DNA of 64,000 bases, from assembly GCA_047495785.1 (NCBI GenBank), contig JBLDXI010000003.1:3782001-3846000 (forward strand), in the 5' to 3' direction. Positions 47,801 through 60,382 of this stretch are shown piece by piece. The notes beneath the pieces were generated by a model. The model ran no database searches. It was not told the DNA's origin and was given only the letters and a program-made list of their open reading frames with translations. A program made the translations under genes and the position numbers. Positions within the stretch are counted from its first letter, which is position 1, and each line of letters begins with the position of its first letter. The DNA is from Lepidodermella squamata (taxonomy: Eukaryota; Animalia; Gastrotricha).

Positions 47801-49142
47801 GTATTTAACGCGCGCGGCCGAGCGGGCGTGAAAATTTCTAACCAGAGCTTACAGCCCAACATTTTTATTTTGTTTCTTTATCATTAGCGGGTTTCAACAA
47901 AGAAACCGCCATTCAGGAGTTACTTGGAACATCGAGTCAAAATTTAACAAAAACTTAAGGAAAGACTATGGGAAGAGGAAGACAGTGTTATAGAGTTAAA
48001 AAAGGATAGAGGGAGAGGTTTGCGCGCGAGTTAGAGGTGAGGACTAAACTTAGATTGCCAATGATATTGTTATTCATAATATTATTTCAGCGTTAAGCGC
48101 CTCAAAAATACACGCTACATTCGATCTGCAATATGATTTGCATATGCACAAATGCAAGCGCGTGCTGTAATGAGACAAGCGCGTTAGCTAACACACAAGC
48201 AGCGCTAAATAACGCCCACCGCTCGATTTCGGGTGACAGTGCGTTATTTAACGAGTGTCGCGACTCCCGGAATCAAGTTTTTCCAATCCGACGTTAGCTA
48301 ACGCACTGCGCGCCCCTGTAACTAACACGATTTCTTTGTGTTACAAGTGATGAGCGTTAATAACACGCAAATCAACGCGGTAGTAACTGGAGGCGTGCAT
48401 AAATAACGCATCGCTCTTGATGCGTATTTACCGGGTTCGTTACTTAACGCAAAATCCGTTATTCAGCGCGAGTGTTAAATACCACCGTTATTTACACGGT
48501 TAATTTTTCTAGTGTGCAGTTATCAGCCCACTTTGTGCCGTTCGGCTCCCGTATAATATTTGCCCTGACGGATTTGGCGATGCTGGGAGTGTCAACGGCC
48601 GCCGTAAAACCTAATTCACGAATGAACGTAAGGAACTCAACTCAAAACATAGTCTACGCAAACCGATATGATCATCCCTCGAGACGCCATATTGCTTCCT
48701 GACGTCAGAGTTACTCAATTCACCGCTAGGAGTTCGAACAATACCATTCTGATTGGACACAATTATCGCAAAGCCAGAAGGACTGTTTGAACTTTGAGAT
48801 AAATTTGCCATCGAAAAGGTCAATTCAATGTAGAAGTCGTCCAGCTTGAAAGGCTTCAGAAATGTTAATAGACTACTTTAGAAATTATGTGATAACATCT
48901 GAATTTCATACCGCTCTTGCCCATATGGCGCCGTTTTGGTTTTCCACCTGAGACACAAGCCTTACGGCATCAGCTGGTTTAGATGTAGTCACCAAACCAA
49001 TGGGCGGATAATACTCCCAAAGCGTTGATAAGTCGGAAGGCTCTTGGAATGATAATGTTGGTTGGTATTGGCCGGTATTCGAGCATGTCAAAACCATATG
49101 TTGGCCGATTATGAACAAAAAGAGCAAAATTATTGCCTGCAT
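44805..49142 (-). pseudogene. Lectin-lectin-mucin-Cys-loop channel fusion, copy B; exons 49142-48912, 48853-48664, 48610-47051 (interrupted at 47553-48514), 46998-46779, 46730-46231, 46158-46065, 46009-44805
   Basis: Same seven-exon structure and phases as copy A. Removing the CACTA element plus one TG restores a 3036-nt frame-consistent CDS. Confidence 0.75.
47553..48514. mobile_element. Non-autonomous CACTA (CMC/EnSpm) DNA transposon, 962 bp
   Basis: TIRs CACTAGAAAAAATAACCGTGTAA / TTACACGGTTAATTTTTCTAGTG; TG duplicated at 47551-52 and 48515-16; empty site seen in copy A (GGGCT-TG-CAGTT at about 40256-40267); many palindromic subterminal repeats (GCGTTATTTAACG, CGTTAGCTAACG). Confidence 0.9.
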
Positions 49143-49390
49143 CTTGTGTACGATTGCCCCGTTAGGAATTCAGATTCTGCAAAATGTTATTAACGAAAAA
49201 TTCTCGCGAATAGCCAGCGGAGCCTGCATGTTAATCCGATGCCATCAAAAATTCATATTTACCCTGAAACCTGAAATGTCAAGGTGCATCTTTGCAATAT
49301 AGATGACGCAACAGACAGCTGTTTACAAATTAAAAGTTGAGTTCATGGTCTAATGACAGTAACCTTTATTCATGAATTACTCATGAATAA

Positions 49391-50423
49391 ATTAAGTATA
49401 ACGCCTTAGATCTGGTTTTAGACAGCAGGCGGATTTTAGGGCGCTAGGCCGAAGGCCGTTGCGCTCTAAAATCCGCCAGCTGGATGAAACTGGATCTCAG
49501 GCGTTGTACTTTTTAATACGTGTCTGAAATAAAATCCGCTGAGCAGGACAGATCAATTTCCGAGATTGTATTTTTGGACGTGTCCAAGAAATGGCTCTCA
49601 CAAAATGACACCGGCTTATTTAATGATTAGTCACCGTCGATTGTTTCCATGTTTTAAATCACATGTCCGAGTGGTCCGATTAAGACAAGGTTAAGCAGGC
49701 GGCATGTTGGTCTAGTGATAATGAAAAGCCCGCGCTTGGCTTAACTAGTCATCTCATTTGGCGTTTATTAATTTTGAATGCTACCAGCTATTTTTCTCAC
49801 ATTTTGGCATTCAAATTTCGTTAATAATCGAGCGTCGTCACGTCATTCAAAGTGACCAAGATGTGCTACTAAAGTAAGTTTGACTCTTTTTCAAGCGTTC
49901 CCAGAAGAATCGATAGGCCTTATTTTGCTAAAATCAATCATTTCTTACTTAGGCAATAAGATTGGCCTGATTTCAACAATTTTGAGAAATTTATCAGCGT
50001 TATTTTGCGCCGGTAAATTTCGATTTATTGATTACTATCGATTTGTTTAAATTCTGCGGTACTCACAGTATAGCTGTATCGAGGGCTATGGGCTGATTTT
50101 CTTATACCCTATTGATTTGATTCTTAGTTTGCCCAAATTCCTTTTCGCGCGAAAATACTTGTCCAAACCCCACTTTTCATTTGTCACTAATCGAACCAGC
50201 TGCTTCTTGTCATAACATCTGGTAAAAAAGGTTTTTCTCGAGATGTTTTGGGCTCTAAGACAGCGTGTCCGACACAATGATGGATTAATTTCAGGCAGGC
50301 CGATTTTTGAAGTCAGGAAGGCAGGACATCAAAAAATCGGCCTGCCTGAAATTAATCCATCATTGAGCAGGACGCACTGTCTGAAATTGGAGCGAAGGCG
50401 GATTTTATTTCAGACATGTATTA
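49391..50423. mobile_element. About 1-kb non-autonomous insertion with nested inverted repeats (Crypton- or Helentron-like)
   Basis: Absent from the homologous upstream region of copy A (about 41130). 5' hairpin 49394-49511 around GGCCGAAGGCC; 49514-49539 is inverted at 50398-50423; internal hairpin 50275-50365. Confidence 0.65.
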
Positions 50424-50498
50424 AAAAACGAGATGCGCGCAGTTCAAACTAAGTTCATTCGGAATCAATTAGGCATACTTAGTGACGCCAAGATTGAA

Positions 50499-51263
50499 AT
50501 ATACTTTAATTGGCATCTAAATCATTTTTTTCTGCATCTAATATCTTTTTTCCACATCTAAATCTTTTTTTCGCATCTAGGCCTTTTTTCTACAGCTAAT
50601 TCTACTTTTTCTCACATCTAATTTAAAAATAGCTGGAATGACTTCAAAAAAATTGAAAAATGATTCAGCGCGTTTTTCTCGATAGGAAAACATATGTTTC
50701 GTTGCCAGATCAGGCGCGCGGAAAAATGCACGTGGGAAAATGTTAATAGAAGAATGCACGTGCGAAAGGCGTAGTAAATAAATTGTGCAATAGTCATGTT
50801 TAGCGCATGAAGAAACATGTCAAGGAATGGTGGGCCGGAAAACAGCACCCCAAACTTTATCGCCGGATAAAGAAGGACATCGATGATCTACAACTGTCGC
50901 GCTGTAGAAAAGAGTTCATCATCGCGTCGAAGCTCCTCTACACTGGGAATCATTATATGGCTTTGGAAAAGCCTTAAATTGATGTTTTTCTTTCATTTTT
51001 CCGTTTTTCTTTTCTTTTCTTTTCGCTAAATAAAGCGATTTACCTATGTTCTGGCAACAAAACATATGTTTTCTTACCGAGAAAAACGCGCTGAATCATT
51101 TTTCAATTTTTTTGAAGTCATTCCAGCTATTTTTAAATTAGATGTGAGAAAAAGTAGAATTAGCTGTAGAAAAAAGGCCTAGATGCGAAAAAAAGATTTA
51201 GATGTGGAAAAAAGATATTAGATGCAGAAAAAAATGAATTAGATGAATATTAAAGTATGGTCC
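50499..51263. mobile_element. Foldback/Mutator-like MITE with about 210-bp TIRs
   Basis: 50501-50709 is the reverse complement of 51050-51258, and the TIRs contain repeated CATCTA units. CCAAGATTGAA occurs on both sides (50488-98, 51264-74) as a probable TSD. Confidence 0.8.
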
Positions 51264-51445
51264 CCAAGATTGAACCTTGGTGCACAAATCACATAAAAAA
51301 TAAACCAAATTAAGGAATGAATCTTTTAGGCTGAATTTGAGCTCATGCTATCACCACAATTGAGGTGGCACTAAGCCAGTGATTTCAGCTTGTTTTTATT
51401 ACGTCATTGAGAAAACTTCAAGCTTGAATAAATGAATATGTAGTG

Positions 51446-51877
51446 CCATTTGCCGTTGCTACACGTAATTTAATTGCAGAAACCCCTGACGGGCAGCTCG
51501 CTCTGTTGTAACGTTTCATCGTTATGGTGTCCAAAATCGACCGACCCTCGAAGTCGAAGTGCTGATGTGGCGGATAAGCGACTGCCGACCGAGACAGGTT
51601 GGTTGAGCGATTGCTGATTGTCGCAACCAGCGCGTTCTTGACAGAGCCTGTGGAATGTTGAATAGCTTACCGTTGCTTTGCCTCTTCTGAAAATACTTTG
51701 ACGCGGCATTGCGTGCGTGATGTCCCACAATGAGCCAGTTGCGGTTAGGATCACATCCGGGCAACCTTCAATCTCATTGGTTGCCGTGCAAGTATTTGCA
51801 GACCAGGCGCCGCAAACGCAAACGCAAACGCAATGAGAACAAACGCGGGTTTTACATGCTCCTGTACCACTGCCGGC
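51446..51877 (-). pseudogene. Degraded paralog of the lysozyme-like gene at 41388-42380
   Basis: ILTATGSLWDIT...QSIFRRGKATVSYS and other blocks are collinear with 41451-42165, with deletions and frameshifts; the 3' flank is also homologous. Confidence 0.8.
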
Positions 51878-53213
51878 TGCCGGCTGTTTATGAATAAAAA
51901 GCGAAACGACCGCATTTTAGTGGTAAATGGTGCTTTAATCACTAAATGCTGTCATTTTGAACCTGGCGAACCTGGCGAAGAGTTCAATAATAAACTTAGT
52001 CACAAAAAGCTCGCATCCGTGCCAGAAGCTCGAAGTAGCATCCTATGAGCCAAGGAATCCTAAGCGCAAAAAGTTCTGTCCACCGCCCGAGGTTCGCAAG
52101 GGTGGTAATACGTCATATGACATCGAACGATGCAAAAGAGAGAAATCTGCGCCAAAATTTAATCATACGAAGTAGATTTATAATGAGACCAGAACATTGT
52201 TGGCTAATGCGTTTCTGGATTAACCCGTATTCAGGTAAGATGTTAGAGACTTAGATAGTCTTGGACGGCTTTCGATCAGTTTTCTGGGATCTCAACCAAA
52301 TCGGCAACCCTCGGCCCCAAGGGCGGAAAAACCTCGTCGGATAATAATTATCTGAAATTAATTGTTTATAGCATTTTTAGTACAAAGTTTTATTTTTAAA
52401 TAATTTGACAGGATTTTAAAAATATTCAATTACTGCATTTCGCTAGCGTTTCGCATACATCGCAGTAGTGCAAAGAGTAAAAAATATTCAAAAATCGTTA
52501 TTAAGACTCGGCCGTAGAGAGCTAGACGTATTAAACAGTTGTAAATATGCTTATTAACCTTTAGTTTGTCGATCGCGAAAAACTTGATGTTATTTGGCGC
52601 ATATTATGCCTGGTAAACCCTATTACGACTCAATTGCTATTGTACTTCTGGGGTGGTGCCGGGCAAGGCCGGGTAGGTGTGCGTGGAGCGCAGTGCGATC
52701 ATGCACGCACGCGATTTTTCACCACCACCCTTCTTTTGTTAGATATCTGTGGAATTATCGAAAAGTTGACATTTTTTAACACATTTCCTCAATTATCTTC
52801 ATGAATGGGAATGATGTGAACTAGAATTTGAGAATTTGAGACCATTGAGAAAGTTTGAGCAGTTAACAGACGATAAAAAAGAATCAATGTGGTTAGAGGC
52901 GTCAAGTGTGGTCAGGGTTAGCGGTTTCCATTTAATTATCTGTGCCAATGTTCAACCTAATGAGTTCATTCGGGATTCCCACCAACTCCTTTCCGATGCA
53001 GGTGTTAAAGTCACTCATAACTAGATTTTTAGAGTGTGTTAGAGTCAATATAAGCTTATCAAATAAATCTTGGTCCGGAGGAACATCAGCGAAAAATCCC
53101 TAAGATAGGTACTAGTTACTTGTAGCTACAAAACATACTAAACATACGAAACATTTTGGGCGGCTGAGCCGTTTCGATGAAGCACCAGTAGGCACTAGCC
53201 AGTAAGCGGAAGT

Positions 53214-53760
53214 TGTTATATAGTGGAATGATTTATTGATCGAAAAGCAAAAATACACAGCGCCGCAACCCGTAGGTTAAACCGGCGGGACATTACAGTG
53301 AGTTATCCAGTGAAACATTTAACTGCACACACGTACAATTTTATCTATAGTATGGTATAGTATGGTAAGAGAAAAACTAAGGAAAAAGACAGCCAGATGA
53401 TAGTCATAGTAGAACACAGCGACACGCAGTGACACACAGACAAAAGTTACAGTCTAGCGGCGACGGCGGGCTGATCAGCTGGGCGGCGCAGGATACTGGA
53501 GACTGGAAAGACGGGAACTGCTGCACACGGGCCGCCGTTTACACGCGCCGCCACCCGTGGCCCAACAGGAACTCAGAACGGCAGAACGGCAGGGCATCAG
53601 GGGCCAGGAACAAGCAAGAGCAGGTGGGGAGAGCAGGGTACAGTTACCTGGAAAGGCCGAGACGTCGGGTCGTGGTGAGGACGCCGGACCGGGCGCTACT
53701 AGGCGCCCCCAGAGCTAGGCAGCTGCGACGGGGGGGGGGGGGGGGGGGGGGGAAGAACTG
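53214..53760 (-). mobile_element. Possible LTR-retrotransposon 3' remnant (PPT-like tract plus LTR)
   Basis: On the minus strand CTGGGGGCGCC is followed by TAGTAGCG and, about 490 bp later, AATAAA and a ...TATAACA end. A G24 tract is adjacent. No intact pol. Confidence 0.35.
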
Positions 53761-55544
53761 GTTCATGGCAGACATGGTGGCCTCCATTCGCTCGAGCGGA
53801 GCAGTTCAGGCGGCCTGCAGGCGCTCGATCGTAGCAGCCAGCTCGGCCAGCTCTATAGTTGTAAATTGAGATCCCCAGATAGTCCGGTGGTTGATTCGGA
53901 AAGTTGAATAGCGAGTACCTATAAAATTATTGGCTGTGTAGTTAGGGAGTGTGTAGTTTTGTCTTTTAGCATAGGTCACATTTTAGCGAGTTTTTCTTCA
54001 AGCTTCTTTTCAATTTCGTCTATCGCAGCCATTTTGTTAACCATTATGCAATAATTCAAAGCTTAATCCTTGGCTAGTCAACAAAGAATTTATTGATTTC
54101 ATCTAGACTGGGAATTTCTCATCGTTGTCGGCCAGCTTGCTGATGAGCTGTCCTTCTCGGTCACTTCACAATATGCTGCAGCTGGACAAAGATTGTGACG
54201 GGGGGAACCCCCGTTGTAGACGCGGTTTTCGTGTGTCGGTCTGAAGCTTTATTAATGTGAAAAATGGCCAGCGTTGTAAAGGTCAATATTTAAAGACAAA
54301 AAATATTTTGCTATAATTTTATTTTTGTAATTCAGGCGGTCGAACGAATTTTTTCGAGCGCGCGATTTAAAATCTGGAGCTAATCTTAGTGATTTCTGCT
54401 CCCTGGCAACAGGCCAAATCATCAACAGGTGTCGCTTTTAGTCTCGCTTTTAGTTGCCGCTCTCCACCTCTGAAGATGAATTGCAAAATAAGATTATCCT
54501 GAAGTTTCTTGATCTCCCAATCCTTTGAAATTTAGTATCGCAGGCCTCTTTTGTATGCAACACTGATCTGATTGTGCCTTCAGACCTCCATATGTACTGC
54601 GCTTTACATTACGTGTTCAGACGCGGCTGAGGATAATCAACTCATCATGGAGTAAATCTGCTACTGTTATCTGCTATAGTGGTTCGCCTTCAAGGCTTGG
54701 CGCGTGTGTAACTAAGCAGAGCACTTAACCCCTACTGCTCCGGCTGGGTGACAGCAATACACTCGGTCGTCGATCCTTGTCAAGATCACCCAATCATCTC
54801 GGTCAGCAGTAACCAAGCGAAACCGCACGACACTCGTCAAAGTCGGTTTGCTGGCAATGGAGCTTGCGGTGTCGCACGGTGCAAAAGCTCTATGGTGCAA
54901 AAGATTGACGCCAACACGGACAGCAATACCCGTAGATCTACGACATCCTCTGGTTAACACCCTATATACGGCTCTGTGATCCGACATTCTCTGCCTTTCG
55001 CCAGCAATAGCCACTAGATAAACACTTGAGTGCTTGTGATAAATATGCCTTACCATGTGCTATATTCTTGTCCCAGGGTTACAATCATGTAGATGATGCT
55101 TGCACGCCAATAAAGTTTAGTTTAGTTTTTGTTGAGTTTTTCAGCTGTGGTCTCAGACATAATTCCCTTGCGGCTTCTCTCTCTGTGAGATGAGCGATGA
55201 GCAGGTCAGGGGCTAAACCACGCAGATCTACCAGGCCAGTTTAATAGCGTGAACGTTTCGTCTACCAGCTAGCGAAATCCAACGCTGGTCTTGAATTGTA
55301 GGCTCAAAGGGAAAAGGGTCCGGCATCATGGGTGCCCAAATGCCGGCACACTGTGATATCAATTATAAATTGTTGCAACGCAAATTGAAAGAATAAAAGA
55401 TTCTTAAATCAATGACGTTATGCATGTTATAAGTCGAAAATGACTTTCTCAAAGTTTCTCATTCTCCATTTCCCACGGTATCTGCACTGCACGGTCCACG
55501 GTATCGCCAGTCGCCAATACTCAAGCCTACAAATAAAAATGTTT

Positions 55545-55625
55545 TAGTCACTCTGGGCTTAACGATTGACAACAAGCTTTCATTTAAGAAACAAATCGCT
55601 GAGGCCAAAAGGCTTGTTAGCTGTA
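55545..55625 (+). mobile_element. Non-LTR (LINE) reverse-transcriptase C-terminal remnant
   Basis: Translates to LVTLGLTIDNKLSFKKQIAEAKRLV, the LG(V/I)xxDxxLxFxxHI motif that follows the RT domain in CR1/Jockey-type LINEs. Confidence 0.55.
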
Positions 55626-57663
55626 AAGTTGGCTGTAAAACTCCTTGATTGGAGCGTTAGTGATGGCGAACGGTTTGGTGTTCACTAAAACTACGGTTAT
55701 ATTACCTTAGGCCAGGCTGTGCCATTCTTGGCTGACTTTAGTCGACGCAAGATGAAGCGGCATCTGCAGTGCCATCCAACTCGCGGATCATCCGCTCCCG
55801 CATCGCCCGGTTGTGTCAGCGTGCATCAGTATCATGCAATTCATTTGGCAATTTATGTATGGAAATTAATTTCAAGTGGTATTAACTTTTCAAACCCAGC
55901 ACATTTGAGCTTCTAATGCCGCTTCGTTCCCTTCATTTCATGTAAAATCAAGTTATTACAAGCTTCAAGATTGCATTTGGCGGTTTACACTAATGCTAAA
56001 TTTAAATCAGACGATAAGTACCGCATGAAAAATTACACAGCTATTCCTAACCAAGCTATTCCAGCTATTCCAATCTTTATTCTTAATCCGTATTCGCGAG
56101 AGAATCGCTTCGTCTCTTTATAAGAGAGGAAAGCAGCGCGCCTTTACATTGACAAACAAGTACCAAATGATGATTGAGGTAATGTCACAACAACAGCACC
56201 TCGGTTAGTGAGCCAAGAAGTTCTGCTATCCTTTGGAGAATCTGTCATCCTTGATGGACTGTCGCAGAGGAATACCGCGGAGTCGCTTCGTAAGCCACTC
56301 TGAGATTTGAGATTGAAGCTTGATCAGAACATGGAGAGTTTCGAGGTCTCATGCCCTTGTTTGACGTTTAACGAGGCAATAAGAGTAGTGCAATCATCTC
56401 AGCTGTTGATTTAAAATGGCTTGATCGGAAAGAATATTTATTGCTATGTATCTCCTGTTTCTAACAGGGGAGGCGATGGAGGGTTGTTGCTCGTTGTGCT
56501 CGCATGTGCATAGTTAAAACAACTAAAATGGGCATCGATGGCGCTCTGTTTCGACCAATTATATTATGATTCAATGCAACTGCGCTCTTATTCTGGCATA
56601 TTTGCAGATCGCTGTTTTGACGGCCTATTGCCCTTGCGATTCACGACTCATACTGCCGCTACTTGCATGCACTAACCTTCCAATTGAGTCTTCCAATTGG
56701 ATTCAAGTTAATTTGGGTAGAGACCAGACAAGTTTGCAGTCAGGTTCAAGTGAGGAGCTCAACTCGACTCGACTAACAGTGTACTCAACAGTGTTCACCG
56801 AGCACTGGACGAACCACAAATGACCCCAACTTCTCTTGTTTTCTTTGCCCTTATTATCTATACGCTACTCTCTCAACTCTTGTAACTTGTAACCCAGAAT
56901 TGCTCGCAGACCCTGGATCCTGGATGCATAGATCGAATTGATCGATTCCATAGATAGTCGCCCTCCCGATAACATCAACCCACACAACCACTGACCGCGT
57001 TAGGTTCCCCCCGTCACGAACTCCGCCAACCGCAGGGTGGAGGTCGTCGAAATAATCAGTGTGGCTTTGTCAAGTTTTGCGACCAGGTCCTCAGGCAGCA
57101 GGAAATTGTAGCCTTGTTAAACTGTTCAGCCCAGCGTAGTCGGGTTCGAATTTATAGGAATAGTTCTTCTCTCTTAAAATTCGAAAATCCATACGCAAAT
57201 ATTTAAAGCATTGTAGCTATAGACTTGAGAACAGCGCGCGGAAGAACGGGACATTTTTTGCAGACCGGTTTTTTTTAAAGCATGCGACAAATGCAGTAAT
57301 TGAATATTTTTAAAATCCTGTCAAATTATTTAAAAATAAAACTTTGTACTAAAAATGCTATAAACAATTAATTTCAGATAATTATTATCCGACGAGGTTT
57401 TTTCGCCCTTGGGGCCGAGGGTTGCCGATTTGGTTGAGATCCCAGAAAACTGATCGAAAGCCGTCCAAGACTATCTAAGTCTCTAACATCTTACCTGAAT
57501 ACGGGTTAATCCAGAAACGCATTAGCCAACAATGTTCTGGTCTCATTATAAATCTACTTCGTATGATTAAATTTTGGCGCAGATTTCTCTCTTTTGCGTC
57601 GTTCGATGTCACATGACGTGTTTGTGCTCCCTTGTTGAGAGAAAATGCTTTATGAACCAACTA

Positions 57664-58151
57664 CAGTAGTTTTGCGTTAAGCCGGACTTGCGCTTAGCCG
57701 GACCATTTTGCTCGGCTCGTGCCGCGGACTAGCGTTTTACATGCAAATGGTTGCAATAAGCCGGACTATCATAAGCCGGACATGCGTTATAACGGACTGA
57801 TTTTTAGTGAATTTAACTTAAAAAAGTCCGGCTTACAGGATAATTTTCATCTAGAGCGCATAAACACCCTCTCCACGCTGTTTTTGGGTGGCTTTCACAG
57901 CAAAATGATCGCAATCTTGAAAAATAACTATTCGCTCTTGTGGCAAAACCTTAATTCCAGCTAGATAATTGAACTTTTCACACATCTAAGTAGCTTATTA
58001 CTTCATAGCGTTTATATTCTTGAATAATTTGTGAATAAATGCACTGTTTTTTTTTAAACCGGACCAGTCCGGCTTACAATAAAGCGGACTTTCATTAAGC
58101 CGGACTAAATCTTCTGGCGCGGATCGAGTCCGGCTTAACGCAAAACTACTG
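57664..58151. mobile_element. Tc1/mariner (pogo/Tigger-like) MITE, 488 bp
   Basis: TA-CAGTAGTTTTGCGTTAAGCCGGACT ... AGTCCGGCTTAACGCAAAACTACTG-TA; internal AAGCCGGAC repeats. Confidence 0.9.
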
Positions 58152-58210
58152 TATATCGTTCGCTGAGTCATCTTTGTTTAATTCTACGGATGCCTCAGTC
58201 GGTATTATAG

Positions 58211-58573
58211 CAGTGGCGGAGATATGGGGTCTCTAGGGGTAGCACTGATACCCCAAGTCTTCACCCCCCAAAATGGACTGTGGCGCCCCATCAGAATTAA
58301 CATAAGGGTGCCCCCTTACGTTTTTGCCTAGTGGCGCCCCTAAATTCGAAGTAAGCAGGTCGATGCAGCCAATTTGAATAGGTTGAGTGGTCGATTTTGG
58401 GGCTCTAAAACTCGCCAAAACAGTTTTCACCATATGCTTTTCTATAATAGCAAATTAAGGGGTATTTTCGATTGATCATCGTACCTGTCACTACCTAAGT
58501 CAGGTAGTGGCGCCACAGTGTCAGGTAGTAGCCTAGGTGCTACCCTAGGAAAAATTTCATATCTCCGCTACTG
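58211..58573. mobile_element. hAT-family MITE, 363 bp
   Basis: TIRs CAGTGGCGGAGATATG / CATATCTCCGCTACTG; exact 8-bp TSD TATTATAG (58203-10, 58574-81). Confidence 0.9.
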
Positions 58574-60382
58574 TATTATAGTGAGTAATTGAGGTGATCA
58601 TGAATGATTACTGGAGTTGAAAGGTTGAAGTTATATCATTTACACTTCATGCTCTATGCTCTCATTACCTAAGCCGAACTAGAAGTTAGATGTCTAACCC
58701 TTACTGTAACTACAAAATTACTTTGCCGGTCTCTATTCTCTAATAGCACGCCACATCCAAGTTACAAGGCACGCCCTCGGATTTCGATGCCTCTATTTTT
58801 TGCAATCAAGCGATGACAAATCTGATTGCTATTCTCCCTTAGTTTAGCAACATCCATTTTATTTGACTCCAAACCCATGAAGTCGATTATCCTGTGTAAA
58901 GGTCCTTTTACCTGGAGGCTATCGATTATCGATTATCCATAACTTTGCTGCAAATATGTTGCGTGAAACGTGATTATATATTACCCGAACCGCAGGCGTG
59001 ACTTTCGGTTACTTTCCTCTCCCCGTCAAGAAATAAGAGTCTTTTGGGTGAACACTAACAACCATCTGGCGCTTTCACAGTTTTCTTCATTATATACAAC
59101 ACATAATACCTTCTCGAAAGACGGAATATTGTAGTTCTTGAGGAAAACGAAATGACCTCGATTTGATGTTTCTATGCTTTATGCGGTTTCAGTTAGTCTA
59201 TAGAAATAATGTTTGTAGCTGTCGATTTAATCGTCACGTATTGTTGCCGAAAGCTTTTAAAGCCGAATGCGAAACGTGTGTACTTGTTTTTCATGTTACG
59301 CTTGGAAGTCACTACCTGGTTTCCTCGTTAGTCCTCAGATTTCATTAAGAGAACCCGAGTTGCCATTCGATGGCAGAGATAACTGAAAGCTGGGGTAGCA
59401 CATGCCGTCGTAATAGTCCGAGTTTGGGGTCAAAATTTTATTTTCGACAGCCCTATTCTAAAGACTAGCTATATTGTTGTGTAAGCCAATCAAACTGCAA
59501 AATTAGAGTGCTTAGGCTATATTATTGATATAGTAGACAATTTGTCTATCCTGCTAAATACATAAGGGCGGCTTTTTGGACTGAACCTGCTCACTAGTGC
59601 ATTGCTAGTTTTTCTAACTTGCGATTCAATGAGCGATTTCAGAGCTAGTCTTTCCTGATAGTCAGTTTAAAGGAAAAAAGTGAGCGCATCTGGTTTGATT
59701 GACGGCTATGGTCACTGTTGAGTGATTCGTGCTTATACAAGACATATGGCTATCAGCCAATACGCATTTGCGCTCAAGCTCACTTGGTGACCTGCAAATT
59801 ATTTGAAATCGCTGGATGGATGCGCGCCCAAGGACATAGTGTTCAGGAGCCGGGTAGGTCCCTCAAAATATGGCTCGCAGCGCCTCTTGCTTTCATGAAT
59901 TACATTTTTTGTCAAATCCTAGGTTCATTACTAATGAAAATGAGCAATGGAGTTATTTGCTCGACATTATCTTCATTGTTCGTGAATTAGGAGCACATTT
60001 ATTGAGAAATTAAATTTCCTAGCTCCTTCGATGGTAGTATACTCACATATATGTGCTGTTTCTAACACGCTCGATTGCATTATTCAGCTGCTCGCACATT
60101 TCATGACTGTAAAACTACCTGTTGGTAATTTTTTAAAGTGGTGTAGTAAATGCGCATTGAAAAGACTTTAAAGCACCGAAAAACGGTCTGTCTCGCCCGG
60201 CTTGCATGCAGAGCAGCCCTTTGGAAAAACACAGTACCTATCTATGTATCCGTAGCTGTTCATTTAGTACAATTGTGAGTAGTTTTATGTGTATACTGTG
60301 AAATACGTGCGCAGCTTTTTATTCTACTTGAATTTGTATCATGTAGTTTCACGTTTGGTGTTACAATATTATTGCATGCAGT

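Larger units (their letters stand above)
52110..57619. mobile_element. About 5.5-kb region bounded by about 330-bp inverted repeats (putative large DNA transposon relic)
   Basis: 52110-52440 is the near-perfect reverse complement of 57290-57619. The same spurious peptide appears on opposite strands in the ORF track. No transposase ORF or TSD was found. Confidence 0.6.

Noticed and set aside
47575-48480. Repeated palindromic GCGTTAxxTAACG units resembling a CRISPR-like or operator array
   Set aside because: Spacing is irregular and the units lie inside a CACTA element, where they are subterminal transposase-binding repeats; the context is eukaryotic.
52045-52254. Identical peptide ends in ORFs 52045-52254 (+) and 57475-57660 (-)
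   Set aside because: This is a by-product of the 330-bp inverted repeat, not a gene duplication.
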